From Leucoraja erinacea (lineage: Eukaryota): a stretch of DNA of 64,000 nt. Below, piece after piece: positions 63,022 to 64,000 of this stretch; position 1 is the first letter of the stretch, and every line of letters begins with the position of its first letter. The DNA is taken from positions 44,578,001 through 44,642,000 of the forward strand of contig NC_073392.1 in the NCBI RefSeq assembly GCF_028641065.1, written 5' to 3'. Under the pieces are notes generated by a model. The model ran no database searches and had not been told where the DNA came from. It saw only the letters and a list, made by a program, of their open reading frames with translations. The translations under genes were made by a program, and so were the position numbers.

Positions 63022-63440
63022 TCAACAAAGCATTTGTTTAATTACAACATTCCTGGTTGATGTCCCATCCTTCAGGAACACTTTTACTTGTTCCTTCACC
63101 TTTCCTCTGCTAAGAGCTACATATAGTTGGCCATGTTGAAATACTGGTTTCTCAAGGTATATCAAGACCTTCTCCATGGTTTGTTCTTGTGCCTTATGAA
63201 TTGTCATTGCAAAACTCGACAGAATAGGGAATTGGCTCCGCCTAATGGGAATGTTTTCATCTTCTGACAAATTGATCTTCATCCTAGGAATGAGAACAAT
63301 CTCTTCTTTGTAGGCCCCCCCCATGTTGATTCTGGCAACAATGAGATTATTGTGTAGCTGTTCTACAATCAACCTCGTTCCATTGCATAGCTTTGGGGGT
63401 TGCAAGTTTCTGATTTAAAACAATTGGAGATCCTTTCTTC
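63022..63440 (-). pseudogene. Helitron RepHel Pif1-family helicase C-terminal fragment
   Basis: KLCNGTRL..IPR..RRSQFP..FAMTIHKAQEQT..VFQHGQLYVALSR..TRNVV. Confidence 0.88.
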
Positions 63441-64000
63441 TAGTGGGGAGGGAGTGGTGGAAGAGGGACAGAGGGGTAGGGGGAAGGGGGCGGGGAAGAG
63501 AGTGAGAGAGGGAAGGGGGTAGGGTAGAGAGGGATGGGGGGTGGGGGAGAGAGGAATGGGTGGGAGAGGGAGAGGGTTGAGGAGAGGGAAACAGAAATTA
63601 AGTGCAGGAGTAGGAATCAAAGGAAGAAAGTCAGCTGGCAGCCGGACGGACGGTGCCGGATCTATCTCGTCAATGGAAGAAAGATGCTGGAAATGGTGTA
63701 AATTATACTTGGCCTTTGATCTTGTAAAGCCTGACTGGAACAAGATACAAATGAGCAGACCTCTCAAATTTGCTTGCACAGAGAAATTCCATTTTATTAT
63801 CTGTTGCTGCGTAACAGCATACAAGCTCTGATATTAACTGCTGCATCTACAACAGACCAATCGCGGAGCGGAAATCAAAACTGCAGACAATGGAAATTTG
63901 AAATAAATATAGAAACTGGATACACACAGAGATCAGGCAGCAGTTGCAAAGAAAGACCTGAATTAATGTTGCAGGTTAAAGTCAAGTTTTTTTAATTCTG

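Larger units (their letters stand above)
57406..63665 (-). mobile_element. Helitron unit 3, composite, with helicase remnant and nested LINEs
   Basis: CTAG 57406-57409; family 5'-subterminal motif gaatcaaagg..ggcagccggacgg at about 63614-63655. Confidence 0.55.

Overview
Eukaryotic (vertebrate) genomic DNA, most likely a cartilaginous fish (skate/ray-type repeats: CR1, Rex1/Babar, HE1-like SINEs, Penelope-derived repeats). Four spliced genes in the order known from human 3p21: the 5' end of PBRM1 (-), complete GNL3/nucleostemin (+, 15 coding exons, 555 aa), complete GLT8D1 (-, 9 coding exons, 364 aa) and complete SPCS1 (+, 4 exons, 99 aa). PBRM1/GNL3 and GLT8D1/SPCS1 each share a bidirectional CpG-rich promoter. 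GNL3 introns hold three SNORD19-family C/D snoRNAs, one with an altered guide. The rest is mobile DNA. The most notable parts are a head-to-tail Helitron array with a Pif1-helicase remnant (54.7-63.7 kb), a satellite-bearing Helitron, many short Penelope-derived elements with minimal hammerhead-ribozyme motifs and target-site duplications (TSDs), and 28-33 bp palindromic elements with 8-bp TSDs. Exon boundaries were read by hand; repeat boundaries are approximate; no database searches were run.
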